A stretch of DNA of 64,000 bases from an uncultured Candidatus Rokubacteria bacterium (lineage in GTDB: Bacteria > Methylomirabilota > Methylomirabilia > Rokubacteriales > DASRDR01): assembly GCA_963708025.1 (NCBI GenBank), contig CAVPSB010000018.1:544001-608000 (forward strand). Direction: 5' to 3'. A program made the position numbers and the translations under genes. Positions 40,803 to 50,618 of this stretch are shown here, in pieces; positions within the stretch are counted from its first letter, which is position 1, and the number at the start of each line of letters is the position of its first letter. The notes beneath the pieces are model-generated. The model made no database searches, was not told where the DNA came from, and saw nothing but the letters and a program-made list of their open reading frames with translations.

Positions 40803-41427
40803 ATGCTGCATTCCATCGAGAACCTGGCTGAACGCCTCGACGGGTCGGAGCGCGCCAACCGTCGGCTCAAGCGACTCGCCGGGCTTGCCTGGTCGGCGGC
40901 GCGGGACTCATTCTCATGGGGCAGGCCGGCGGCGGTCAGCCGGCTCGGCTGCTCGCCGCCGAGCGCTTGATCCTCCAGGATGCCGGGGGACGATCCGCGC
41001 GGAACTCGGCATGGCCGAGAATGGGTCAGCCGGCTTGACACTCTACGACAGAGATCACAAGCGGCGGGCGGAAGTCAGTGTCCGCCCGAATGGCACGCCC
41101 AGCGTGGCGCTCTTCGACGAGCAGGCGAGGACGCGAGCGGCCTTTGGCATTCTCGTGGACGGCGCGCCCGCCCTGAATCTCATGGATGCTGACGGTGGTC
41201 TCCGTCTGGGGTTTGGAGTCCTGTCGGACAGTCGCCCCATCCTCGGGTTGGCCGACAAGAGCGGGGCATTCCGGGCGGAACTGAGTCTTCAGCTGAATGG
41301 CGCCCCCGGCCTTACGCTCTCGGATCAGGAGGGGAAACTGCGGCTCCTCGTCGGCATGCGGCCGGACGGCTCGCCTCGGCTCGCGTTTCTTGACAAGGAT
41401 GAGAAGCCGGTCGGGGTTCTGCCGTGA
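40803..41427 (+). pseudogene. 23-aa beta-repeat protein, frameshifted
   Basis: Repeats such as GLTLYDRDHKRRAEVSVRPNGTP; coiled-coil N-terminus in another frame. Confidence 0.7.
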
Positions 41428-41564
41428 CGCGTCCATCATCGGCGGGACACGCGGTATCGTCGGGGGTGGACACGTCGAGTTGACGCCGCAGTGACCGTGC
41501 CGTGACTGACTCAACGTTCATCACGCCGAGCAGCGACTGCACAAGAATCGGGGGGCGGCTGGCC

Positions 41565-41655
41565 GAAACGGTCGGCGAGCCAGCCGGCTGGGAACTGGGC
41601 GAGTAGCGCCGCCACGACGCCGAGGTTGAGCAGCAGGCTCCAGATCGAGGCATTG
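41565..41655 (-). pseudogene. MFS transporter scrap
   Basis: AQFPAGWLADRFG (MFS motif A). Confidence 0.45.
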
Positions 41656-41970
41656 ATCGGCCGATCAGCTCCGATACGAAGCAGGGGAGCATGCCGAGCG
41701 GCGATAACCGGTAGCGGCGGATGCCGAAATGCGCGGACGCAGCCGGGTAGCGCACCTGCCTTGGGATCCCGGGGGCCTCCCATCCCGGGCTGTCCTAAGT
41801 TCTCTAAATTCGTCGGTTCCAGCCCCGGCAGTCTCCCGGCGTGTCCCGTTAGATCGCCCAATCTCCCTCCAAAACCGTCAGCACGACGTCAGCAAGGGGT
41901 TTACGCTTTTCCCGAGCCTTCGCTTGGGAAAAGTAGCGCCTATCGGTCAGTCGAAGTTCGCGGGGAGCCG

Positions 41971-42020
41971 ACGGACTTCTAAGCCGTGGGTCGGGGGTTC
42001 GACTCCCCCCAGGCGCGCCA
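41971..42020 (+). mobile_element. 3' part of tRNA-Arg(TCT), att scar
   Basis: ACGGA-CTTCTAA-GCCGT, T arm GGGGG-TTCGACT-CCCCC, CAGGCGC-G-CCA; no GCGCCTG acceptor strand or D arm upstream. Confidence 0.82.
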
Positions 42021-42085
42021 TCCCTACTGCGAGAAATCCCGCGCTGGCCGCTGGGTTTCTGCTCGCGGCCGCTCCGGTCTCCTGG

Positions 42086-42146
42086 GATGGGGTGTGATGG
42101 TGTGAGATGGGTTGTGATGGGGCATCGTAGCGAAATTCGTAGCGAA
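42086..42146. repeat. Four GATGG at exact 10-bp spacing plus TCGTAGCGAA x2 at 12-bp period
   Basis: GATGG at 42086, 42096, 42106, 42116; TCGTAGCGAA at 42125 and 42137. Confidence 0.75.
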
Positions 42147-42482
42147 GTCTTGGGGCCTCTCGGGTCAACCTGCCTGGGTGACCTTGTAAGGGTGCTCGGC
42201 GGCGCCGTGGCACGTTGTGCCGAGGGCGTCCCCCGCGGCGAGGCCCAAGGGGCCCCCCGAGGCTCCCCGCGGTGGCCCTCGACGACCAGTGTGCGGATTC
42301 CTAGGGCCTGCTCTCGTCGGACACGGCCATTTGGACGCCCAGGTTCCGATGCGCGCGCCCTCGGCTGTCGTAATGAACGCCTTCCTAATGGTTACCGGGT
42401 CGGGCGGCGCCCGCGGGTCCGGCGCGGCTCCGGCGTCGAGCGTGTTCGGGGCCAGAGCCGCGCTCGTGTCTGGTCGTGGGAG

Positions 42483-42659
42483 CTACTCTTCCTTGATCGC
42501 GGCCTTTACCTTGTTGGCGACGTCTGGGGAAATCGTCAGGAGCTTGTGATCGTTCTTGGCATGTGCCGTGGCCTTGGCCATCACATCGGCCTCGTCCTTC
42601 CCTTCGATGACGGCCTTGCACCCCGGCATGACGTCGTTGCATCGTAGGATCTTCGGCAT
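42483..42659 (-). CDS. DUF1059-like small metal-binding protein (not in the ORF track)
   Basis: MPKILRCNDVMPGCKAVIEGKDEADVMAKATAHAKNDHKLLTISPDVANKVKAAIKEE; GGAGG RBS. Confidence 0.88.
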   Translation of the reverse strand: MPKILRCNDVMPGCKAVIEGKDEADVMAKATAHAKNDHKLLTISPDVANKVKAAIKEE

Positions 42660-43034
42660 AGTCCCGTACCTCCCTCAGCGCACACGTGGCGAGCCGATCC
42701 AAGTCGGCACCTCAGCTTCGACAGCTCACGAGACGGCACTTCTTGGCGGGTCCGCAGAGCGGGCGGCGGCCCGCGCGAATGGGTTGCGATGCGCGACCCG
42801 CTGCCGTGACGCCGGTGATGGAGGCTCTCGATGGTGCGGCTCACGGCTCAACCCTGCATCCGGCTGGTCACGGGGCGCTGATCTTCACCAGGGAATGTGC
42901 CCGTCGATTGTGGGTCCAGCACGTCTCCGCACGGTCCTTGCAGAGTGGGCGGTGATCCGTGCGGCCTCGATGGCCGAGAGCGACGCGAGTTGGTCGCACG
43001 TCGCCTTTGCCGGGCGCGGGCCCAGCGCGAGGGT

Positions 43035-43463
43035 GTGAGCCCGTTCTCACAGCAATGCCTTGGCGGCATCGAGCCGTCCAACCTTGATCCGCAGGCGGAA
43101 GGAGCAGGAGCCGCATCAGCGCCGCCTCACACTGGGGGCGAAGCGCCTCTCCGAGGGCACTGATTGATCTCACTTTCGCTGCGCCACGCCGAACGCGACC
43201 TCGAGATGCCGGACCGCGGACCCGCCATGGCCGCGGACGAGATGCGCGAGGCCGAGCAGGCAGCGCGCATGCTCGAACGCGCGGTAGATCGCCCAGCCCA
43301 CGACGGTCGATCGGTGACGATCGGCCCTGAACTCGGGGTCGTCCGTCAGGGAGGAAAAGATCGCGCCCCCTTGTGTCCGCAGCATGGTGCAGGCCGCCTC
43401 CTCCAGCCACGTGAGGAGCTTTTGACGGCTCTTGGATCGAAGCAGCCGATAGACGAGGCTCAT
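43035..43463 (-). pseudogene. Decayed paralog of the TPR-like gene at 62193-62672
   Basis: EHARCLLGLAHLVRGHGGSAVRHLEVAFG and LRPQCEAALMRLLL match EHAYRLLGLAHLTWGNDRLAVKHLEIALG and LRLHCEAALLRLVL. Confidence 0.7.
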
Positions 43464-43534
43464 CGTCTCGACTTGTGGGCAGAGCAATTTCAGTGCCGCC
43501 GCCAGACGTGAAGGGAACATCCCAGTCGCCGAGC

Positions 43535-43609
43535 GCAGTTCGCGTGCCCCCCGCGGGAGATCGCGATGGGGTCAAGCCCTAGGGGTGGCGGCGACCGCAA
43601 AGTTTGCAG
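43535..43609 (-). promoter_or_regulatory. Sigma54 promoter plus upstream palindrome
   Basis: GGGCACGCGAACTGC (43549-43535, minus); CCGCAAAGTTTGCAG at 43595-43609. Confidence 0.6.
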
Positions 43610-43679
43610 CCCGGTCGATTCGGTGGCGTCTCCGGAAAAGCCGCCAGAGTAAGCGCCGGAGTCATCGCCGAGTTTCAGC

Positions 43680-44262
43680 ATTGGTAGTGACGGCGCCCAG
43701 CGCCTAGCGGATGATCTGCTCCTCCACGGCGGGTGCCGAGGGTAATGGCAAGGCTCCCCTCGGGGCGCTCACCCGTGAGGATGGTTCGACGGCAGATGGA
43801 CGGGGCGGATGGCGCGCTCGCGCATCGGCCGACCACCCGCTCCGCCAGATTTCGGAGCTCGCGGACGTTGCCCGACCAGGCGTATTCCCCTAGGGCCTGG
43901 AAGCGCCACGAGCGACGAATAACTGCCGCCGCGTGCAGACCGAGCGCAGAACTCCCGAAGGAAGGCGCGGCGAGGAGCGCGATCGGCCCAACGGCGAGCC
44001 GGTAGCAGAGGTCCTCGCGGAAGGCGTCCGCCCGAACGGCGGCCTCCAGATTCTCGTTGGTCGCGGCGACCAAGCGGACGCCCACGGTGATTGGGCGGCT
44101 CCCGCGGCGGATCTCGCGCTCCTGCAACACGCGGAGAGAGTTGACCTGGATCATGGAACTCTTCCCCGACCTCGTCGAGGAAGAACGTTCCGCCGTTGAC
44201 CTGCTCGATCCGCCCGGCCTTCGTCGCCGGCGCTCCGCTGACACCGGCTCGCTGACGGCGGC
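43680..44262 (-). pseudogene. Decayed sigma54 activator fragment, paralog of 59616-61019
   Basis: [60 protein letters not shown]; several frameshifts. Confidence 0.85.
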
Positions 44263-44268
44263 TGACGC

Positions 44269-45423
44269 TCACCGGCGGGCCGGGGTCTGGGACCGGCGGA
44301 CCAGGCGGAGCGAGAGCGTCTGAGGGGCGACGCTCTCCAGCAGCACGCCCGGCGGGAGGTTCACCGCGGCGTCACGGATGTTGAGCGTGAGGAATCCCTC
44401 AGCCGCCCCGGCCAGATCGAACCGTGCGACCAGCGTCGTGAGGTTCGCGGACTCGAGGATCCACGCTCGCCCCCGGAGCTGGGTCTGAAGCGTCTGCGTG
44501 GAGAGGTACGAGACCTCCAGGTCTGCCGGGACGTTGCTGAGCTCGACCGGCACCGTGACCGACCGCACGGAGCCCCCCGTGAGGAGGACGGAACTCCCCC
44601 ACACCAGGGCTGCCAGTCCCACCGCCGTGGCCTTGAGGGTGAAGTCTCCGAGGAACACTTGCCGGAGCCGTCGCGTGCGGCCGATCGGACGGGGTTCGCG
44701 CTGCTGTCGGATCGCCTGCACCAGGGCGTCGGGAGTCTGGACGGCGACCATGTCCCCGCCGGATGCTAGGCTGACCTCGCCGCGCTCTTCCGACACGGCG
44801 ACGACCAGCGCGTCGGAGCGCTCGGCGAGCCCCATGGCCGCCCGATGGCGGGTCCCGTAGTGGCGAGGTACGTCGCGCCGCTGGGTGAGTGGCAGAAGCG
44901 CGCTCACCCGGGCGATGTGGTCGCCCTCGATGATGGTGGCGCCATCATGCACCGGCGACACCTTGCGGAAGATGGCTTCCAGGATCTCCGTCAAGATGGT
45001 CCCGCCGAGCGGGACGCCACCTTCCATGAGCTCGTCCAGGGGCTCGTCGCCCGCGATGACGATCAGAGCGCCGCGGCGCGCGTGCGCCAGGGAGAACGCG
45101 GCGGTCGCGATCGCGTGGAGCGACCGCTCGACGGTTGACGCACGGGGCGGGAGCAGCCAGGCCATCACGTCCAGCCGGACCAGGGCGCGCCGGAGCTCGG
45201 CCTGGAACACGATCAGGATCACGATCAGGGCCGCCAGCGTGGCGGCGTCGAGGACCCACACCGTCAGCGACAGCCCGAGCTGCCGCGCGACGACGGCGCC
45301 GACCCGGAGGCCCACGATCACGAGCGAGACCCGGAACGCGCGCGCCTCGCGGCCCCAGCGCAGCACGAGGTAGATGACGAGCGCGAGGACGAGCGAGTTG
45401 ACGAGGCCCCGCCAATGCATCAC
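44269..45423 (-). CDS. Membrane diadenylate cyclase (CdaA-type) fused to a YbbR/CdaR-like domain
   Basis: Three transmembrane segments, FQAELRRAL, GALIV, HDGA, GTRHRAA, VSEERG, then a fourth transmembrane segment and VPVELSNVP...LRG...LPPGV. Confidence 0.92.
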   Translation of the reverse strand: MMHWRGLVNSLVLALVIYLVLRWGREARAFRVSLVIVGLRVGAVVARQLGLSLTVWVLDAATLAALIVILIVFQAELRRALVRLDVMAWLLPPRASTVERSLHAIATAAFSLAHARRGALIVIAGDEPLDELMEGGVPLGGTILTEILEAIFRKVSPVHDGATIIEGDHIARVSALLPLTQRRDVPRHYGTRHRAAMGLAERSDALVVAVSEERGEVSLASGGDMVAVQTPDALVQAIRQQREPRPIGRTRRLRQVFLGDFTLKATAVGLAALVWGSSVLLTGGSVRSVTVPVELSNVPADLEVSYLSTQTLQTQLRGRAWILESANLTTLVARFDLAGAAEGFLTLNIRDAAVNLPPGVLLESVAPQTLSLRLVRRSQTPARR

Positions 45424-45669
45424 GACTCCGACCGGGTGCGGGTGAAGGCGGTGCGTGACCCCGAGACTCCGGTCTGGACCGAGCGTTGGTCAACGCGCCA
45501 CGTCGGGTGCCATCCGCGCTGGCCGGCGGCAAGCGACACGAACCGGAGCGCGAGGGGCGACACGCCCCAGCCTGCGCCCGCCCGTCCACCCTGCGCGTTC
45601 AGCAGGATACACGAGGGCCCGTATCCCCAGCCAGGCTCCCGATCGCGCGCCGCCAACCCGAGGTACTGG

Positions 45670-45765
45670 CTGCAAGACTTGCAGACCCTTCTGGGGTGCC
45701 ATGCGGCAGTCCGACCGCAAACCACTGAAACAGTATGGGATTCTGCGTATGGCAGCCGGCTTGCT
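45670..45765 (+). promoter_or_regulatory. Palindrome plus sigma54 promoter of the L,D-transpeptidase operon
   Basis: CTGCAAGACTTGCAG at 45670-84; TGGCAGCCGGCTTGCT at 45750-65. Confidence 0.75.
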
Positions 45766-45902
45766 GTCCTCCCAGCCACGAGCCTCTATCTGGGCGGGGC
45801 ACATGACGGTGATCGACTCACCGCTGGACCAGGGCGTCGAGGTCGGGGTCTCGGCGCACGCTTCCTGACCGCCGCGGTGGAACGAAGTGAGGAGGGAGAC
45901 AT

Positions 45903-46514
45903 ATGAGGGCGAGACGAGAACTGGCCGGTGCGGTGGTGCTCGGCGTTCTGGTGCTGGGCACGGGCTGCGCGAAGCCACCCGATGCGGAGGTGGCCGCGGC
46001 CAAGGCCGCGGTCGAGCAAGCGCGGAGTGCGGGAGCGCCCGAGTACGTGGCCGAAGCCTTCAAGGGCGCGGAGACCGGGCTCCAGAAGGCTCAGGAGGAG
46101 ATCAAGGCGCAGGACGACCGATTCGCTCTGACGCGGAACTACGACAAGGCCAAGGAGTCATTGGCGAGGGTCAAGGCGGACGCGGAGAAGGTCAGGACCG
46201 ACGCGGTGGCGGCCAAGGAGAAGGCCAAGGCGGCGGCCGAGGCGGCCCGGACGGACGCGCAGGCGGCGCTGGATGGGGCCAAGGCGCTCCTGGTGACAGC
46301 CCCCAAGGGCAAGGGCACCAAGGCGGACATCGAGGTCATGGGCGCCGATCTAAAGATCGCCGAAGCGGCCCTCGCGGACGCCCGGACCGCGCTCGACCGC
46401 GAGGACTACCTGGGCGCCAAGGCCAAGGCCGAGTCCGCCAAGGACAAGGCTGCCGCGGTGAGCGCGCAGGTGCAGCAGGCGAAGGCGAAGACGGCGACGG
46501 TGAAGAAGCGGTAG
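45903..46514 (+). CDS. Ala/Lys-rich helical lipoprotein (DUF4398-like)
   Basis: Lipobox GTGC, AKAAVEQARSAGAPEY, coiled coil; GAGGAGG RBS. Confidence 0.85.
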   Translation: MRARRELAGAVVLGVLVLGTGCAKPPDAEVAAAKAAVEQARSAGAPEYVAEAFKGAETGLQKAQEEIKAQDDRFALTRNYDKAKESLARVKADAEKVRTDAVAAKEKAKAAAEAARTDAQAALDGAKALLVTAPKGKGTKADIEVMGADLKIAEAALADARTALDREDYLGAKAKAESAKDKAAAVSAQVQQAKAKTATVKKR

Positions 46515-46517
46515 GGG

Positions 46518-47662
46518 ATGGCGGCCCGTCGGGGGTGGCCGGCCCTCTCGGGCCGGACGTCCGGCATGGTCGGTGCCGGGGTCGCGGTCGCCGCGGGCGC
46601 CACGCTCCTCGCATGCTGGACCTCGGCCCCGCTTCCATCCGATCTGCCGGCGGCGGCGGAGCGGATCGAGGAGGACGCCTCGCGGGCGGGCGCGGCCGAA
46701 CTGCTGCCCGAGCAGTATGCCGCGTATGGCCGCCGGCTGGTCGAGGCACGCCGCGTGTTTCGCCGGGAAGCCGACCGCTGGTGCGTGCTGCAGGGCCGGG
46801 CGCGCGTGGAGCAGGCATTCGCGGATCTGGAGCTAGACGGCCGGGCGCTTCTCCTGGCGGCCCGTGAGCGGAGCGCTGCGATTCGGCAGGAAGCGGTCAG
46901 GCACCTGGAGGCGACCGAGCGGCAGTTGGCCCGGTTTCGCGCCTGGCAGAGCGAGCTGGGGATGTACCTTCACCCGTCCCCCTTATCCACGGCCGATCTC
47001 GCGCTGCGCGAGGCGCGGCACTACCTGGACGCCGGGGTGTACGAGCGGGCGCGCGGACGCGTGGACGTCGCCGCCACATCCCTCCGGACGGTGGAGGGCC
47101 AGGCCCGAAGCCAGGTCCTCCGATACAGCGAAGGACCGGCGATGACGAGGTGGCGGCGATGGATTCGGGACGCGGTCGCGTTGTCGCGGGCGGGCCCGGT
47201 CCTCGTGATCGCGAAGGCCGAACGGCGCCTGTTCCTGTACCGGCACGGTCACGCCGTGGCGGACTCCCCGGTCGGGCTGGGCTTCAACGCCTTGGCCGAC
47301 AAGCTCTCCGAGGGTGACGGGGCGACCCCGGAAGGCCGGTTTCGGATCGTCGCCAAGAAGAGCGGGACGGAGACGCGCTACGATCGGGCCCTGGTCTTGG
47401 ATTATCCGACGGCGGACGATCGCCGGCGCCATGCGCAAGCCGTCCGCCGGGGGCTGCTGCCGCGGCAGGCCAGGATCGGCGGGCTGATCGAGATTCACGG
47501 CCGGGGGCCCGGGCCGGCCGACCGGACCAGCGGGTGTGTGTCGCTGGATCACGAGGCCCTGGTCACACCCTGTTCGACCTGGTCGACCGGGGCACCCCGG
47601 TGACGATTGTGGGGGCCACGTCGCCGCGAAATCCGGTTGCCCAGCAGACCCGGGCCGGGTGA
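46518..47662 (+). CDS. L,D-transpeptidase (YkuD) with helical N-terminus, frameshift near 47565
   Basis: VIAKAERRL, EGDGATPEGRF, LDYP, IEIHG...TSGCVSL; the shifted frame gives LFDLVDRGTPVTIVG. Confidence 0.88.
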
Positions 47663-47682
47663 CAGGAGGAGATGGCCGTCCG

Positions 47683-48334
47683 GTGAGGAGACGCGACGGA
47701 GGCCGGCACGAACGAAGGACCCTGACTCCACGACGCGCGGTCGCGTGGGCCGCGCTCGCTGCCGTCGCGGCCTGGGGCCTGACGGGATGGCTGGCCACGA
47801 CGCTGACCGCCTGGGAGCCACCCCCGGAAACCTCGCCGCAGGGGGCGCCCCCGGGGCCGGACGCGACGGCGCTGTCGCGCCTCGCGCCGCGAGGCCTCTA
47901 CGTGGTCGTGGATACGGCCCGTAAACCGCCTGAGCCTCAGGCGCCGTGACGAGACGCTGTACACGGCGGTCGCGTCCACCGGGAGCGGGGCGCGCCTGAT
48001 CGCCCCGCGCGATCCCAGCCGTGGCTGGCGATTCGACACCCCACGCGGGGTTTTTTCGATCACGAGCAAGCACGTCAATCCCGTCTGGATCAGGCCGGAT
48101 TGGGCGTTCCTCGAAGAAGGCCTCTCGGTCCCCTCCACGCCGGAGGAGCGTGCGGAGCCCGGCGTGCTGGGCCGGTATGCCCTGGGGTTCGGGAACGGCT
48201 ACTTCATCCACGGCACCCTCTACACCCGGCTGCTGGGCACCAACGTGACCCACGGGTGCATCCGACTCGGTGACGCGGATCTGGAGCATATCTTCAAGAC
48301 GGTTCCGCTGGGTGCGACCGTCTTCATCTACTAG
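47683..48334 (+). CDS. L,D-transpeptidase (YkuD), frameshift near 47924
   Basis: YVVVDTAR then, in the shifted frame, ASTGSG, FDTPRG, PVWIRPDW, YFIHGT...THGCIRL, GATVFIY-stop. Confidence 0.88.
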
Positions 48335-48389
48335 GCTGGCCGTCGGGTGCGTCCGATGGGTCCGCTCGCGCGAGGATTTCCGCACCGGG

Positions 48390-49067
48390 ATGTGCGCCAC
48401 CGCGTCGGCCATCCTCGTCGCGACGGCCCTGAGCGGGGCCTTCGCTGGGACCCAACCCCCTCCGGCGCCGGGCGCATCCCCCTGCGATGCGCTGGCTGGG
48501 CTGGAACTCAGCCTGGCCGGCCGCCCGAGCCTGTACGCAGTGGTGGACGGCCCCTCGCGGCGGATCGAGCTGAGGGCGAGAGGCGTCGTGCTTCGCCGGT
48601 TTCCGCTCAGGGAGCTGTCCTCGATCGGCCACGCGCGGGCGCCGACGGGCCCATGGGTCCTGGTCGCCAAGCTCCCGCTTATGGAGCCCGCCCCGACGAT
48701 GCCTCGGCCTCCGGGAGATACCACATCCGCTCAGAACGGAGCCGAGGACAGCCCGATGACCGTGGCGACCATGCCGGCGCGCTATCGGCTCGTGTTCCAG
48801 GGCGATCTCTGGATCCTGGTTCATCCAGGAGGGGCTGAGACTCGCTGGCAGCGGTTCTGGGACGGGCTGGGCGCCGTGACGGATCGAATCACCGCGTGGG
48901 CGAGGGTGCTCACGGGGCGGGTCGTCGGAGCCCGGCGACTGGTGCTCTTCGTCGAGCTGACTGGCGAGGAGGGGAGGGCCTTGTACTGGGCTGTCAGACC
49001 CCCGCTGCCTGTCCTGCTGCGGGTCGCGTGCCCGTCCGGCGAGCCGATCCCCGGCCCGGACCGCTGA
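48390..49067 (+). CDS. Exported hypothetical protein, YkuD-like without the catalytic His/Cys
   Basis: Signal-like start, LYAVVDGPSRRIELRARGVVLRRFP, ending ALYWAVRPPLPVLL. Confidence 0.6.
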   Translation: MCATASAILVATALSGAFAGTQPPPAPGASPCDALAGLELSLAGRPSLYAVVDGPSRRIELRARGVVLRRFPLRELSSIGHARAPTGPWVLVAKLPLMEPAPTMPRPPGDTTSAQNGAEDSPMTVATMPARYRLVFQGDLWILVHPGGAETRWQRFWDGLGAVTDRITAWARVLTGRVVGARRLVLFVELTGEEGRALYWAVRPPLPVLLRVACPSGEPIPGPDR

Positions 49068-49295
49068 CGCTTCAGGCGGCAGGCGCACAGAGCCTGCGAC
49101 AAGCGGGTGGACGAAGCGCGGCACGAGCAGAGCGACCTCAGCGGATGATCGTGTACGCAAAGCCAAGCGGCCTGGTGCGCAGCCGCGGAAAGGCCCTCGT
49201 CAAGGCCGAAAGCGTCGGCAGCGCCTTGGGCGAGAATGGGTCGCGGCCGGCCCAGAAGCGTCTTCCTCCTTCCACGGCACTCTCACGTCACCATC

Positions 49296-50618
49296 CTATC
49301 CGGCATTCGAAACGCTCTTGCTGCGCCTCGCCTTGACCGTCACGATCCGAGGGCCGTCCATGTCCACGACGGTCCAGACGACGCCGTGCGCCGAGACGGA
49401 CACCCCGGGCAGGGGCACAGTGTTGAGGGTGTGAAGAAGGAACCCGGCAATCGTCTGGTACTCGGACGACTCCTCCAGCGGCAGCCCTGCCTGAACGCGG
49501 AGGTCGTGGATCGAGGCAGTGCCCTCGATCCGATAGGAGCCGTCCGAGAGACGGGACAGGTACGGGAGTCCTCGCGGCTCCCGCTCTTCGTGGATCTCTC
49601 CTACGATCTCCTCGATCAGATCCTCGACGGTCACCAGCCCGACAGTCCGCCCGTACTCGTTGACGACCATGGCCATGTTCTGGTGCTGCCGCTGGAACTC
49701 GCGGAGCACCTCACTGATCTGCGCGGTCTCAGGGACGAAGAGGGCAGGATGGAGCAGCTGGACCAGCACCGGGGGCTTGCCGTCGGCCGCGCAGCGGAGC
49801 AGGTCCTTGATCACGACGACCCCGATGGTGTCGTCCACTGAGCCCCGGACGACGGGGAATCGGGTGTGGCCGTAGGCGACCGCCTGGGTCAGGACCTCGC
49901 CGGGCGCCGTGTGAAGCCCCAAGGCCAGGATCTTCGGGCGGGGGACCATGACGGCGCGGACCGGCGTGTCCGTGAACTGGAAGACCCTGTGCAGCAGCTC
50001 GCTTTCCTGGTGCTCGAAGATGCCGTGGGACACTCCCTCGCGAACGAGGTACTTGACCTCGTCTCCCTCCGACACGAGCGGCGCCGGCGGCGTCCCGCGC
50101 TGCCTCAGGAGCGTCAGCACGGCGCGGGTGGACGGCGTGAGGATTCGGCCGGGCCACGCAGCAGCCCGGCCGAGGGCCCGGATCGGCCGGGCAACCAAGC
50201 AGGCAACGCGCTCGGGATCCCGCAGGGCCAGCGCCTTGGGCACGAGCTCGCCCGCCACGAGGGACACGTAGGTGATCGCCAGGATCACCAGGCCCAGGGC
50301 GACTGGCGCGGCCCACTGGCGCGCCCCGGGGACGGGCCACGCCGCGAGCCAGGGCGTCAGGGCCTCGATGGCCGTCGCCCCGCCCACAGCCGAGCCGAGG
50401 GTGCCGACGAGCGTCCTGGCGATCTGGATGGGGGCGCGGAAGGTCTCCGCTTCGCCCTTGAGCGACAGTGCGGTGGCCGCTCCGCGGGCCGCCTCGTCCC
50501 GGAGTTGCGTCAGGCGGGCCGTGCGAGCGGAGACCAGGGCGATCTCGGAGCCCGCGAAGAAGCCGTTGGTGAGGATAGCGATGAGGATGAGCACCGTCTC
50601 GAGCCAGATCGTGTCCAT
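49296..50618 (-). CDS. HlyC/CorC (CNNM-CBS-CorC) transporter-like protein
   Basis: NGFFAGSEIALVS, GELVPK, VMVPR, HTRFPV, VNEYG, TVEDLIEEIVGEI, YQTIAG. Confidence 0.93.
   Translation of the reverse strand: MDTIWLETVLILIAILTNGFFAGSEIALVSARTARLTQLRDEAARGAATALSLKGEAETFRAPIQIARTLVGTLGSAVGGATAIEALTPWLAAWPVPGARQWAAPVALGLVILAITYVSLVAGELVPKALALRDPERVACLVARPIRALGRAAAWPGRILTPSTRAVLTLLRQRGTPPAPLVSEGDEVKYLVREGVSHGIFEHQESELLHRVFQFTDTPVRAVMVPRPKILALGLHTAPGEVLTQAVAYGHTRFPVVRGSVDDTIGVVVIKDLLRCAADGKPPVLVQLLHPALFVPETAQISEVLREFQRQHQNMAMVVNEYGRTVGLVTVEDLIEEIVGEIHEEREPRGLPYLSRLSDGSYRIEGTASIHDLRVQAGLPLEESSEYQTIAGFLLHTLNTVPLPGVSVSAHGVVWTVVDMDGPRIVTVKARRSKSVSNAG

Noticed and set aside
42081-42146. CRISPR array
   Set aside because: Repeats of only 5-10 bp with no spacers, and no cas genes in the window.
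34600-42700. Integron cassette array
   Set aside because: No intI gene and no consistent attC-like inverted repeats seen.
45667-45683. Sigma54 promoter TGGCTGCAAGACTTGCA
   Set aside because: GG-GC spacing is 11, not 10; better read as the enhancer palindrome.
45424-45902. c-di-AMP (ydaO) riboswitch in the cyclase-transpeptidase spacer
   Set aside because: No recognisable conserved segments by eye; an Infernal/Rfam scan would be decisive.
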